Below, in pieces: positions 48,827-61,000 of a stretch of 64,000 bases of DNA. Both the position numbers and the translations under genes were made by a program. The stretch covers positions 1,612,001 to 1,676,000 of the forward strand of contig SMSO01000033.1 of NCBI GenBank assembly GCA_004764695.1, read 5' to 3'. Positions within the stretch are counted from its first letter, which is position 1, and the number at the start of each line of letters is the position of its first letter. The notes under the pieces were generated by a model, which made no database searches, was not told where the DNA came from, and worked only from the letters and a program-made list of their open reading frames with translations. This stretch comes from Schizochytrium sp. TIO01. Its lineage: Eukaryota > Protista > Bigyra: Labyrinthulomycetes.

Positions 48827-50889
48827 TAGTGCCACGCATTCCATTTATTTCATTTCTCCGTGGTGGTTTCACGTGGTTTCATCGCGAGGGCCGGCAGCAA
48901 GACCGACCCACCTCGTCTTATCCAGCTATCCATCTGGCCACTACCACCGCCTCAGAGTCTCTTATTTCTTCCCAGCTCCGAGTTCTTCGACTCACGAGTG
49001 CACAAATCGTGCTGCTAAGCAAGCCAAGCCACCCGTTCAGGGTCCGCATAGTCAGTCATGGTCATCGGCATCAAGGCTTCTGAGGGCTAGCCAGCTAGCT
49101 AGCTGGCTGGCTGCCGTTGGCTCTCGCCGCCTCTCCAGAGTCGAGTCCCGGCTCCCGAGGGCCTATCGCGCTCCATCCATTTGCAAGCAGGCCTGCGAGA
49201 GCGAGCTAGACCGACTGATTCCATTGCAAGCAAGCAAGCCTAAGTGTATGTATGTAGTACGGTCGAACCTCAGGTGCCCAGCTCTGTAGTTCCTTTTAAC
49301 TGGATTAAAAACTGTAGGCCTAGCTAGGAACTGCCTATGCACGTGGTACTTCTTCGCGCCATTGTTTTGGTAACTACAGTGTTTTGGTCTTCAACTTACT
49401 GTGGGCGGGTTCTTGGAGTTCTCGAGGGAGAGATCCTCGGCACGCCCTCCCGGCTTACCGTACGCTTTGAGAAAGAAAGCTGCAACGCACACGCCCTCGC
49501 TGCGAATCTTGCGAGGCTGCAGGGAGGCTGGCTGGGCCAGGCACTTGCTTCCGTCAAAGCGTGCAGGCAGACAGACCCGGTGGCAAGCAGCAGCGTGGTG
49601 ACAACGTGTAAATCCTGCTCTGCACAAGGCTCTCCTTTTGACGGGTGCAGGGGGGGCTGGGCTTGAGAAGCTCCGCGTGGGGCTCATAGCTCCAGACAGA
49701 ATTTGAGGTTGAAGCTTGAAGGTGAAAGAAGAAGATTTCGATAGCAGGTATGTGCAATCATGGCATGGTATGCAAACCTTTTGCAGGTGGCCGAAGCCCC
49801 CTCCACATTAAAGGTTCATGAAGAGAAGAGATAAATTCATTCATTCTCTATTTCTGATTGCTTAAAAGCGAGCGACCTTTTCATATCGCTTTGCTAGCGA
49901 TGAAGTTGAGGAGTGCGAAGCCAGCTACGGGTTAAGAATGCGCCGCGACTGTTGCCAGCAAGATCTTTTGTGGCGAATCTTGCAGGTATCGTCGAAGCGA
50001 GGTTGGCAGCAAAACCTGCAAAGTACTTTCAAGTACTATGACGCACGGGGGAAGAACCCATAAAGAAGTATCTACCTACCTTCACAAAAGTTGGGATTCT
50101 GGCTCTCCTCGAGCCAAGGGAAACTTCAAGCTGTCAAGTTTGTGTATCCTTCTAGGATCTAGTAGAAGAACATACCCGCAAAGTTCTGCATCTTTGGAGA
50201 GAAGACTTGCAATATTAGAATGTTGCCCAGAACTTCAAAAGGGTGGAGGAAAAAGAAAGATTGGGCGGAAGATCGATTAATAAGCATTTGTGTCTTTTCC
50301 TGTTTTCTTTTCCCTTTTTTTTTTTTCAATTTTCTTTGTCCTTTTCTTTAATTTGAACTAAACAGTAGGTAGTAAATTGTAGAGGAAACCAGAAAATAAA
50401 ATACAAAACGAAAAGGAATGGAAATTAAGAGGCGCAAGGTTCGGGGAACACGAGACGGGTGGTCAAGTAAGCAGGTAAGTTACTGGCATGTTGAATATTG
50501 TGGTGGGTCTTACGATGGAAGCTTCGGGAAAGTTTCCATAAAGGACGAAGGAGGTGTTAATAACTGGGCATAGACAGCCAGCCCTTCATGAGATTTGTGC
50601 TGCATCCTAAGTCATGGGAACATCCTGGGTGTCAAAGTAGTTTAGGATAGATAACAATAGGACTTTACTAACGATGAGTCAGTTCTGAAGCCAGATGCAA
50701 TGTAAAAGACCAAAACAAAAGCAAAGCAAACCCGAAACTTCAATAGCAGCAAGAAAGTAACCGTGACAACGAGAACACGAATAAAGAAGAAGAATACAGC
50801 AAACTCGTATCTATCTTTGAAGGTTCTCTTGATCTTACGGCATAGCACGTGCAGTGAAGAGCTCTCCATATACATTTCTAATTAATACA

Positions 50890-51402
50890 ATGGCAATCCA
50901 AACTCTGTACCAGCGCTTTGTGCAGGGCAACCGCCGCCGTAGTGTAAATGTGAACCACGTGCACCCTGGTGAACTTATTGAGGAGCCCGCTTTGGCTTCT
51001 TCTAATGTGAACGATCGTCCTGAGGTTTCAAGTGAAGTGAAGAAGAGGTCCATCTCTAAGAAGGCTTCCTCAACGTCGCGCGCTACCACAACCAAGGCCC
51101 CAGTTCGTGGAACTGCTCAACGTCCTATGCCGCAAAAGCTCACCTTGTACTGCTGGCAGGAGGGCTTTGGAGGCCACAAGCTTCCTGCGGCCACGATGGA
51201 TAGCGAGACAGTTTATGACTATGTAGCATCTAAGTGCAAGGTTCGCCCAACATTTGATGCTAGTGAGAGTGATTCTGATGCTGAATCTGTTACATCAGAA
51301 GAGGGGTATGCTAGCTTTGATTCGGACATGGAAGAAGACTCTGCGACTCTCCGTGCCCAGTCTTCTGCTTCATCGAAGCCTATCACGTGGAGAATGCCCT
51401 GA
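50890..51402 (+). CDS. Hypothetical 170-aa Ser/acidic-rich protein
   Basis: ATG in ACAATGG context after an A-rich leader; coding-like composition; AT-rich 3' flank. No family recognised. Confidence 0.65.
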   Translation: MAIQTLYQRFVQGNRRRSVNVNHVHPGELIEEPALASSNVNDRPEVSSEVKKRSISKKASSTSRATTTKAPVRGTAQRPMPQKLTLYCWQEGFGGHKLPAATMDSETVYDYVASKCKVRPTFDASESDSDAESVTSEEGYASFDSDMEEDSATLRAQSSASSKPITWRMP

Positions 51403-51960
51403 ACGTTTTCTCATTTAATGCGCTCACGCTTGGACCTAAATTATTGTTGTCTGAACACCCCCTCTGATCAGTAATCTATCTTCGAATTTATCTACAATTA
51501 ATAGCTTTTATAAAATATTTCCTTTTCCAATCATTCCACATTTTTTGAACTCCAAGCTTGAAATCTATCGGATGCAAAGGGCTTATTTTTCACCAGAATT
51601 GTTCCTTTGCGGACTTTGCTTTTCTTATTTCCCTTCGGATTCAGACAGAAGCTCGAGGTTTGTTCCCTTTGGAGCTTTTCTTTGTAGAGGTCAACAGTAT
51701 GTGCAGATTTCATAATAGAAATTCGGCTCTGCTCAATTGTAAGATGGGAAGAGCCATCAGCAAGCTAAAGCGTGGTGTATGAATTATTTATTATGTGTAT
51801 TTTTTGCTTCTAAAAAGTGTTTGCATGCGCGGTTAGCGTGGCACGCTAGTCGCGCAATGGAGGGTGATATGTAACTAGATGAAGAGGAGCAGAAATGATC
51901 CAAATTGCATGCTGATCTTCTTGTTGCTGTCGCAAACCTGTTTCACGGCAAGTGCATGCA

Positions 51961-53019
51961 TTAGAGCATTTCGCTCTCCTCAGGAAACGATAAGTGTGTT
52001 TCTGAAGCGCTCGTCGCACTACTTCCATCCTCTTCTTTGTCATTTTCGTAGTGATGTGGCTGATGGCGTGATCCAGCATCTCGGTGATGACTTTTGGCAT
52101 GAGAAACACTGTGCGCATGATTGTGCATGCCTTCTGCTCCCTGTGACATTAAGAGGTGATCCAAGGCCTCCTGGAATTTGTCCAGATGCATCGCTTCAAT
52201 CGCCACATCCCGATCTTCATCTGAAATGGTAAGAGAATCCTCCAAGATTGCACGGGTCGTTTGCATAGCGCCAACCATGGCCTCAATAACCGCTGTCAAA
52301 TTTTCGTTAGCTGTTTTCAGGTCCAGAAGCGCATCTTCCGGTGAGTTGAAAATAGTGGTACCAGCATCATCTTCGTGGTCCTGCACATGGTCATGGTTAT
52401 GGTCATCGTCTTCATCATCATCATCTTCCTCTGGGGCACCTTCCTTAGTCAATTTGCGAAGATTTTCTACAGCAGCATCATTCATGTAAATGCTAGCAGC
52501 CAGCCGTGAAGCCTCAGAGGTAAGCTGCTCTTGTACCTTTTCTAGTGCCTGCCATTGCTCTGCACTCTTGCTTTGTTCCTCTCCTACATGATAAGAGCTC
52601 CCACTAAAGTTTGTGGATGGGTTCGCTTGAGTCTCGTTGATAGGTTGTGCAAGGTTACGTGGACTGTTCGGGTTAGGGTCTGCCACGATATTGAATACAA
52701 ATGCGTAATTTTTACGGTCAACGTCTTCGCAAGGGAGGACAACCTCGCTGCCATGGACTAGGCACACAGGCACACCGCGCTCTAGTCGCACACCATCAAC
52801 CCATGTGCCGTTCGACGAGGAGTCTTCGACCATGACCTCACGCAAGCCCTCAGGAGAGACCTTTTGTGAGATGGAAATATGTTTAGAGGAAATGTGCATA
52901 TCCGAGAGCACCAGCGAACATGATGGGTGACGGCCGAGCGTGAAGCTCGATCTTCGACCACTATCGAAGTGCAAAACCCAGTCGGGGTTACCCTCGCTCT
53001 GGAATTTTGCCCAAATCAT
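51961..53019 (-). CDS. FHA-domain protein with helical/acidic C-terminus
   Basis: FHA signature LGRHPSC...ISSKH...EDSSSNGTWVDG. Confidence 0.88.
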   Translation of the reverse strand: MIWAKFQSEGNPDWVLHFDSGRRSSFTLGRHPSCSLVLSDMHISSKHISISQKVSPEGLREVMVEDSSSNGTWVDGVRLERGVPVCLVHGSEVVLPCEDVDRKNYAFVFNIVADPNPNSPRNLAQPINETQANPSTNFSGSSYHVGEEQSKSAEQWQALEKVQEQLTSEASRLAASIYMNDAAVENLRKLTKEGAPEEDDDDEDDDHNHDHVQDHEDDAGTTIFNSPEDALLDLKTANENLTAVIEAMVGAMQTTRAILEDSLTISDEDRDVAIEAMHLDKFQEALDHLLMSQGAEGMHNHAHSVSHAKSHHRDAGSRHQPHHYENDKEEDGSSATSASETHLSFPEESEML

Positions 53020-53309
53020 CCTGCCTGGACCGCTTCAGCCTTTTCAAGCAAACAGCTCAGCTAGATCACGGTGTCCCACCTAATATCTCAACAACGCCGG
53101 CCCCTACAGAACTGAGGCCGACAGTCGTTGTCGCGAAAAATATTGCGCTCAGTTCTTTTTGTGTCTATTCCTATATTCCTCAAGATAGAGCTGGAGATAC
53201 GTCGAATTTGCCACAGCTGACCCAGTCTCAACGAGGATACAAGGTAAAGTTGGTCTCGATATAAATCTTCGAGATGGATTTAAAGGCAAGCTTGAAGAAG
53301 AAATCAAAT

Positions 53310-53650
53310 ATCTCAAGCTCTAGTTCGATCCCAGAACTCCCAAGATAATAGCACCTTGTAGTTGTTCACAGCAGCAGGGTTCCTTCCTTTCTTGAGCCTT
53401 CTTGAGTAAGTCCAAAAGTTCTGCAGCAACTGTTGTTGCTATTCCCCGTGATATTCGCAGCCCTCTCCCCAAGCCTGTACAAGCAAGAAACCCTTCTTGC
53501 CCCAGCTCAAGCGCGCGATTCGCTGCCTCAACTGTGTCAAATCTGCCAATTCGAGACCTGCTCGAAGGTGAGCAGAGCAACAGCTCCGACACCGAGCACA
53601 ATCTTGGTATCCGCTGCCACAGGTCTCCGGGCAGGCTTGCTCGCAGAACC
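53310..53650 (-). pseudogene. Possible degenerate F-box + Sel1-like repeat gene fragment
   Basis: Fragments in shifting frames: LPGDLWQRI..., LLTFEQVSNW, LDLLKKAQE, NPAAV, RCYYLGSSGIELELE. Several frameshifts and stops are required. Confidence 0.3.
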
Positions 53651-56360
53651 TACGACGCAGTTCCGGGAGTCAGGTTGCGCAGAGGCTGCGGCGCTGCGGC
53701 GTAAGGCGAGTCTGGCCACGTCGCAGGCGTGGAAATGAAGTTGGAGCAGCAGAAGAAGCGACCTCCTGAAGAAAGAAGGAAACGAAGAAATTCGTCTTCT
53801 CTATTAAAAAGTTCCCTATTGATCCAATTGATCACTTCATAATGATTAATTTATTTTCGCTGCTATAGTTGTTATGGCAAAATAACGATGATGGCAATTT
53901 ATTTTCTTCAAAATAAGAGAATTAATTTATTCAAGTTATTCTTTCTTTCTTTCTCTTCAATCTTTTCTCGCCAGAACAAAAACTCGAAACAAAGGCAGCG
54001 AACTCAACCCTTTCGATCCCCTTAGCTTCTTGACGGTGGATGGATGGATGGATGAATGAGTCAATTGACCAGAGTAGAATGTCAATTATAAATGTGCCGC
54101 CCCGACCAACTCACCGGATACCGCGCGGAGCCGGCCTGAGAAAGATATGTGATAGAATGATGTAATGGGCGCTGCGATAGTCCGCCTCGCCTTATATATT
54201 GTATTATAACTAGGCGCTCAACTAGGTACCTTTTAAACTTATGTTTTGCCTCTGGAAAAAACGTTTTTATTTTAATTTCGTTTTAATTTCGTTTAATTTC
54301 AACTAATAATCTTAGTCAATTGATTAAGGGTGCCTTTTCCTCTTTGCTTTATTCAATATGCGATTGCCCCTTCTTTCCAATGAATCAAACCTAATAAATA
54401 TAATGTTTTACTGTTGCTTCTCCATAGCAACATAGGTCTCTCCATAAGAGTAGGTAAAATACCTACTTAGAGGAGTTATGGCTTGGGTCAGTCAATAGGA
54501 CCATCCCTCACACGCAGTTGGAGATGATAGCAACGAGGAGTTTTGGGCCAGAGCCGACGGCGCAAGGGTCAATGCACATAGTGCTCTCAGAAATGGCTGC
54601 CGTGCCTCGAGTATTCTGCACCCAATCGTCAGCTATAAGTTGACGTTTGGCATGCTTTGGTTTCTTTTCTTTTTTCTCAATCGTGCTGTTTTTACCTTAT
54701 GGTGAATTTCTTTCATTTCGATTTGGCCGATTCTTTTGCAGTTTTCCATCTAAATTTATCTAACTCTTTTTCTTTTCTTTTTTTCTTGTTTTTTCTTTTG
54801 CGTTGGTCGCCCCGGTGGAATGAATCCATGCCCTCATTTGACGCTGCCAGCGGCCAAAACTCGCGCCCAGGGAAGCGTAGGGCGCGCGGATTTCGAGAGA
54901 ATGTAGCGAGCCCATGGCACATACCTGGACCCGAAAAACACGGCCTCGTCGGCGCGATGGAGGCCCTGGAAAGACCGAGTTTCGGAATTTCGACCTGCAT
55001 TTTGGCTGGCCAGATTTGCCTCACTATGGTCGAGCGATTCCCGAAACCTGACAACTTGGCCGCCCCAGAGAATCCATGGAGACCTCAGCACCAACTGCAT
55101 GCCGACAAGACTCTGCGGAAAGACCAAGGAGCTCGAAACCTTCCCGTCCTCAATGCCTGAGATAGTTTGTGATGACTTGAGGCTGGTGCATCCGGTGCTT
55201 CGTTGATTGCCCATCGTCACATCGTCCAATCGTCACTCAGTCATCTATTCCCCAGATATCTCTTCAAGTTGAGCGCGGAGTTCTTGGGGCTGCCAGACCT
55301 GCTACCCCAGAGTCCTTGAGCAGGGCAGTTCTCGTTGTTATTTCGCTATCTCAGTCTCATACAATTAGAGACCAGCTTTTCACGAAATGGCAGTGGATTG
55401 ACGCAGGATGTCGAAGCTAGCGATAGACATCCTGCAGTTTGCTGGTATTGAATCACTATTTAGATGAACGTCGAACGAATGAATATGGGCAAAGAGGTTG
55501 GTTCTCCAGGGGAGTAGAGTATCAAATAGAAGCAGCGCTTGCGATGAATACGGTCATTCTGAGTCCACCTCTCATGTAACAGATATGTGATGCCTAGGCA
55601 AGGCCTATGCACTTCGCCGATGCTATTAAATGACAGTAAATGGATACGAGACACGGACTTACTTCCGACATCAAAGCGGCCAATTCCAAAACCATTGTGT
55701 TCCAACATCATAAACTTTGGACCTTACTTTTCCTCTCCATAATTCAATTCACGAAACTTTTGATGTTTGCTCTATTGCACCATGGTAACTTCACTATCTC
55801 CGAACTCTCGGCGTGCCGTCATCTTTTTCGAGGTCACTCGAAATTCACTTCTTCTACCGGTCAATCGTCAGGTAACATTGAGAGACATGCCGTAAAGGAA
55901 AAGGTCTATTTATCTCCGACCCGTTAGACCACTTTAGGGGCGCGGGATTATCAAGGGAACCCATTTTGTGTGCACTCCGCGGAGAGGCGGGAACTCCATT
56001 CTCATGTGGGTATGATATGATCATCGATAGTACTGAAGTTCTGCTTGCCAGATGGCCAGCGAATCCATCAGCGCGTGCAAGCGATTGTAGCAACTAGTGG
56101 AGAATAGAGTTTTTTGCCGGACCTGTACACAGCAAGTTTGTACAGGAATTGTTCTTCTCTGGTGTCAGAAACAAGGGAGAGGCGAAAAAAGACAGGTTAA
56201 GACGGAGGAACAAACCAACTCAGTAGCAGCAGCAGTAAAAAGGATAAGCAGCATAGGGTCGAGGAAGAGCAGTAGTAGGCACACATTTTCTGTTCTGTGA
56301 ATCCTTGAGACAAATTATTTGGCGAGAAAAAGTCGCAAAACGTAGAATCGAGAGTTTGCC

Positions 56361-57722
56361 ATGGAGCCTACGCTTGAGGAGAAAGATGATTCGTACGGGA
56401 TCTCAGTCCCTGCAACAACGCAAACTCGCGTCGGGGAAGATTTCGAAGAAGCTAACCTCAATACCAGCACGATGAACATGCCAAAGTCTGCTCGGAACGC
56501 GGCCTTTACAGAATTTGGCTACGGCTTGTCTACACCCTCACTCGTTGCTCTTCTTGAACCAGATGCATCCCTTCCTAAGGGGGCACTTCCACAACTTGAC
56601 TTGCCGCAGCGAGTTGGACACCCAACAACAATAAAGGCCCCTCCCCGAGACGCCATGTCTAGCCGAGATGCCCGCATTTTGCAGGTTTTTGGTGCAAGTG
56701 CTGTTGAACAGCAACGCAACTCGACGAAGGACTCTCGACACGCAAAGACGTCAGGCTCTTCAGCTCGGAAGGCAGTTCAACAAAATAATAACACTGCAGT
56801 CTCACGGCTTCGAGACCTTGAAATGCTAGCCAAGTCAAGTCGCCGTGCAGGGAAATTAGTGCAAGAAGCTCATGCAGTTTACTCTCGTGCAGTTCTTTTC
56901 GATAATTTAGAGCGTTGGACCAAAGCTATTGCATCTTATGAACACTTTCTTGATCTTTCTGAGCGTCTTAGAGATGCAGAAGGGGCTGCAGTTGCATATA
57001 ACTGCCTTGGTGTCGCCTATTTTCATGCCGCTGTTGGAGGCGCGGAAGCTTCTTCAAGAGCTGTGGGCCTTGCAGAAGACACAGAAGGCCAGGAAGAGGC
57101 GGAAAACAACAAAGGAGAGAAAGTTTCATATCAAAAGTCTGGCGAAGTTGAGAGTAAGACTACCGATCTTAAAACGCATTTATCATCTGAGCAATTACGC
57201 TTGTTGGAATCTTCCCTCTCCTTTCACCAAAGCCACCTTGACTCTGCTGATGAGGCAGGACAATTTGTTGCATTGTGTAATTTAGGCTTAGTATATTCCA
57301 GGCTGAGGGAATTTGAGCGTGCAATAGATGCCCATCAACGGGCCCTCCGACTCGCAATTGATTTACGGAGCCCACATGGACAGAGCCTTGCCGTGGGGAA
57401 TCTTGCTCTATGCAGTGCTGAGATGGGAGATTTCGATACGGCTCGCGCTTGCATGGATAAACATCTCCAACTAGTTCGCGACCTGCACAACCCAGAAGCT
57501 GAGACCCTTGCATGCCAACAACTTGGCCAATTAGCCAACCGAGCGGGTCACTTCGAAGAAGCAGCAGAATACTTTGAAATGGCGCGCAGGATTGCAACAG
57601 AGTCAGGGGACCGAGGAATGCTAAAACTCATCAACTGTAGTATTGGGGTTTCCCACGGTAATGTTCGAATGCAAGAGTATCTTCAGAAGCTAGCCCAAGA
57701 TTTCAAAGGATCCAATGAATAA
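56361..57722 (+). CDS. Tetratricopeptide repeat protein
   Basis: TPR helices AYNCLGVAY, ALCNLGLVY...AIDAHQRAL, AVGNLALC, ACQQLGQL; GCCATGG start context. Confidence 0.9.
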   Translation: MEPTLEEKDDSYGISVPATTQTRVGEDFEEANLNTSTMNMPKSARNAAFTEFGYGLSTPSLVALLEPDASLPKGALPQLDLPQRVGHPTTIKAPPRDAMSSRDARILQVFGASAVEQQRNSTKDSRHAKTSGSSARKAVQQNNNTAVSRLRDLEMLAKSSRRAGKLVQEAHAVYSRAVLFDNLERWTKAIASYEHFLDLSERLRDAEGAAVAYNCLGVAYFHAAVGGAEASSRAVGLAEDTEGQEEAENNKGEKVSYQKSGEVESKTTDLKTHLSSEQLRLLESSLSFHQSHLDSADEAGQFVALCNLGLVYSRLREFERAIDAHQRALRLAIDLRSPHGQSLAVGNLALCSAEMGDFDTARACMDKHLQLVRDLHNPEAETLACQQLGQLANRAGHFEEAAEYFEMARRIATESGDRGMLKLINCSIGVSHGNVRMQEYLQKLAQDFKGSNE

Positions 57723-58080
57723 TTATGAAACCAAATATTATTGTAAAACAGCTTCGTTGGATGTATAGTATCTTAGTACGACCAAAATAAGCTATGAAGG
57801 GTAGGGAATGAACGTGTCCACTTTTAAAATGTTTCACTTTCCCTGCTTTATAACAGTAACAAGATTATGTCTCACTCAGAGGGTTGGGAATCTCGGAAAT
57901 GCCGGAAATGCTTTCTACGCATATGAAAACTAAAAACTAAAAACTATAAAAATCAGATTCTATCTTTAAATTCTCTAATTCTTCGTAGAATTGTCTGAGC
58001 AAAACATAATATAGTCACAGAACGACACATGGGTCTGGCGAATAGCATACCGTATGGCTACAAGCTACATATAGATCAAG

Positions 58081-61000
58081 CTACTTCTTTTCATCAGCGT
58101 CTGCTCCGACTGCCTCAGTCACGGAAATAGGCTTATTGTTTTTATCTGCAAGATAGCTGACCATGTTCCACAGATTTTCATCGTCTGCAAGGCGCGGCTT
58201 CTGAGAGCGACGACGTCGGATGAATAGAGCAGTACCTACAAACAAAGCCGCGATACCAACGCCTCCACCCACAGCAATACCAATAATCATTCCCGTAGAT
58301 GCTCCCTCATCTTCATCATACGAAGGCATTGCAGCTGATAAAACCTGAACATAATCAATATCAGAAGCTGCAAGCTGGGCTTTCAGGACGTTCTGACCCT
58401 TGTTTGTGTTGAGCATCTTCTGAATAACACCCTGTTTTACGTTCAGCATTCGAAAAGCCACAACGAGATCCCCGTTTGAATCTTCTACAGCTCGGAAGTC
58501 TAACAGCTTTGTACCGCAGTTCACGTTGCTTAAGCTAGTGAGTTTAGAAATTGTTTTGGCCAAAGCCTTACAAACTGCACTGAGGAATGTATTCGTACTT
58601 TGTTTGGAAGAGTCGTATGCGATTGGGAAACTAAGCCCACCATACTTGTATGTCGGACTTAACCCAATGTATCCTACATCAACATTTGCAAACCCACTCT
58701 TAGCGTTTAACTCGGTTGCAATACTGCTTGTGAAGTCACTGCTGCTTGATGCTACTTCGCTAGATATGGACTCTTCATCGCTATTATCTTCAAACAATGC
58801 ATAGAAGATTACACGTACTTCATTGTACGGACGTGTGGTGTCCAGCTTTCGACGGTTTGAGTTACCTGATCGAAGCTCTAAGCTATTACCGATTAGAGTT
58901 CGAGGTCTAGCTGGAATGTTTACAAGTAGACTAGGATTTACTGCTTCATATTGAAATCGTTTCTGGTATAGCTGGCGGCGACGTCGTCCACCTGAGTTTG
59001 GTGCACTTGTTCGTTGTGAGAGAATGCTGTATCCATAACCTTCGTCTTCAGTATACTGCCATTCGCTTTCCTCAGTTGTCGGGCTTGGTGTATGGGAATC
59101 GTACGCTTCTTCATTTGCAGTATAATCATCTGATTCGGTAGGGCTGCGAGTCTCGCCTTCCACAGTTGGGCTTAGCGTGGTAGGTCTCTTGTCGGGCTAC
59201 GAGTTTCACCTTCTACAGTTGGGCTGTATGTCTGGGAGTCATAAGGGCTTTCACCATAATCATCGGTTGTAGGGCTACGAGTCTCGCCTTCCACAGTTGG
59301 GCTGTATGTCTGGGAGTCATAAGGGCTTTCACCATAATCATCGGTTGTAGGGCTGCGAGTCTCGCCTTCCACAGTTGGGCTGAGCGTGGTAGGTCTCTTG
59401 GTCGGACTACGAGTTTCACCTTCTACAGTTGGGCTGTACGTCTGGGAGTCGTAAGGGCTTTCACCATAATCATCGGTTGTAGGGCTACGAGTCTCGCCTT
59501 CCACAGTTGGGCTGAGCGTGGTAGGTCTCTTGGTCGGGCTACGAGTTTCACCTTCTACAGTTGGGCTGTACGTCTGGGAGTCGTAAGGGCTTTCACCATA
59601 ATCATCGGTTGTAGGGCTACGAGTCTCGCCCTCTACAGTTGGGCTTAGCGTGGTAGGTCTCTTGGTCGGACTACGAGTTTCACCTTCTACAGTTGGGCTG
59701 TATGTCTGGGAGTCGTAAGGGCTTTCACCATAATCATCGGTTGTAGGGCTGCGAGTCTCGCCTTCCACAGTTGGGCTTAGCGTGGTAGGTCTCTTGGTCG
59801 GGCTACGAGTTTCACCTTCTACAGTTGGGCTGTATGTCTGGGAGTCGTAAGGGCTTTCACCATAATCATCGGTTGTAGGGCTACGAGTCTCGCCCTCTAC
59901 AGTTGGGCTTAGCGTGGTAGGTCTCTTGGTCGGACTACGAGTCTCGCCTTCCATGGTTGGGCTTCTGGTTCCCTCACTGCTGTCGTACGGGTTCTCTTCA
60001 TCGCCACTATCATAAGTATCCCCGGTAGGACTCGCTGTAGGAGCTTGGGAGCTACTTGTGCTGGAGTCACTAGGACTTGGGGTGAGGTTCCTCGAGTCAC
60101 TGGGACTTGGAGTAGGGCTTGGTGTTGTTGGAGATGTTGGACCACTTGGGTGGAAAGTTGGCTCATTTGTCTTACCGCGAGTAGTTGGCTGCGCTGTTGG
60201 CGCTTTGGTTGGACTTGTTGGACTCGGTGTTGTAGGTGAGCGAGTTGGAGAAGGCGTCACGCCTGGAGTAGTAACTGGTGCGGTAGTAGAACCACGAATT
60301 GTTGGTGAAGGAGTTGGATTAATGTTCGTTGGCGCAGGAGTTCCAACCACTGGAGCTGCAGTAGGCAACAAATAGTCAACTTCGAAATGAAAACGTGCAT
60401 CAACACCTGAAATTGCGTTACATTGTGTGGTAGTTCCGCATGAACCGTCGTTTGAGCATTGAACAATACGGATTGCACTGGTGAAGAGGAGAGGATGCGA
60501 AATTGCCGAGATCGAAAGCTGGCCATTACATAGAGGATATGATTCAGGGATGGCCAGATAGTCAGTCCAAGTACCGTCTTCGTCTTCATATTGCAAAGTA
60601 ACACCAGACTGGCAGTCGTTTAGACTCGTTGGAAGTTCCTCAGTCGAGTTAGCACATGTCCCATTAGAGCTTGTGCTGGCAGTAGAGAGGTAGTCCGTAA
60701 TGATATCCTCATATCCAAAATCATTGATATTGTTGACGCACTTGCTTCGCGCACTTTCAAGAGAGCTTGTTACTGAGCAAAATCCCTCTGCAAGCTCTCG
60801 GTTGGCAAAGAGAGTAATGCAATCCTCGGCGTCAACGTTCGGAAAACTGTAGGCGTTGCAGAATGCAACGAAGCAATCATCCAGAGAGTTTGCGGTATAT
60901 CCAGCACCACAGAGCAGACTTGTGTAGTTAAGGGCTAGTTCCTCGCTCCAAGCAGGTTGGATGGTTGCACAAACAGCCTCGATTGCAAGGTGCTCAGTGT

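Noticed and set aside
48754-49289. ORFs starting MQCNAMQCN
   Set aside because: Translation artefacts of the (TGCAA)n microsatellite.
54657-55229. Overlapping 113-167-aa ORFs
   Set aside because: Built from T-rich/low-complexity promoter-like sequence with non-ATG starts; no domain signal.
59100-59965. CRISPR-like look (constant ~36-nt unit with intervening sequences)
   Set aside because: The 'spacers' are just two recurring sequences, all units are multiples of 3 within a CDS, the context is eukaryotic and no cas genes are present.
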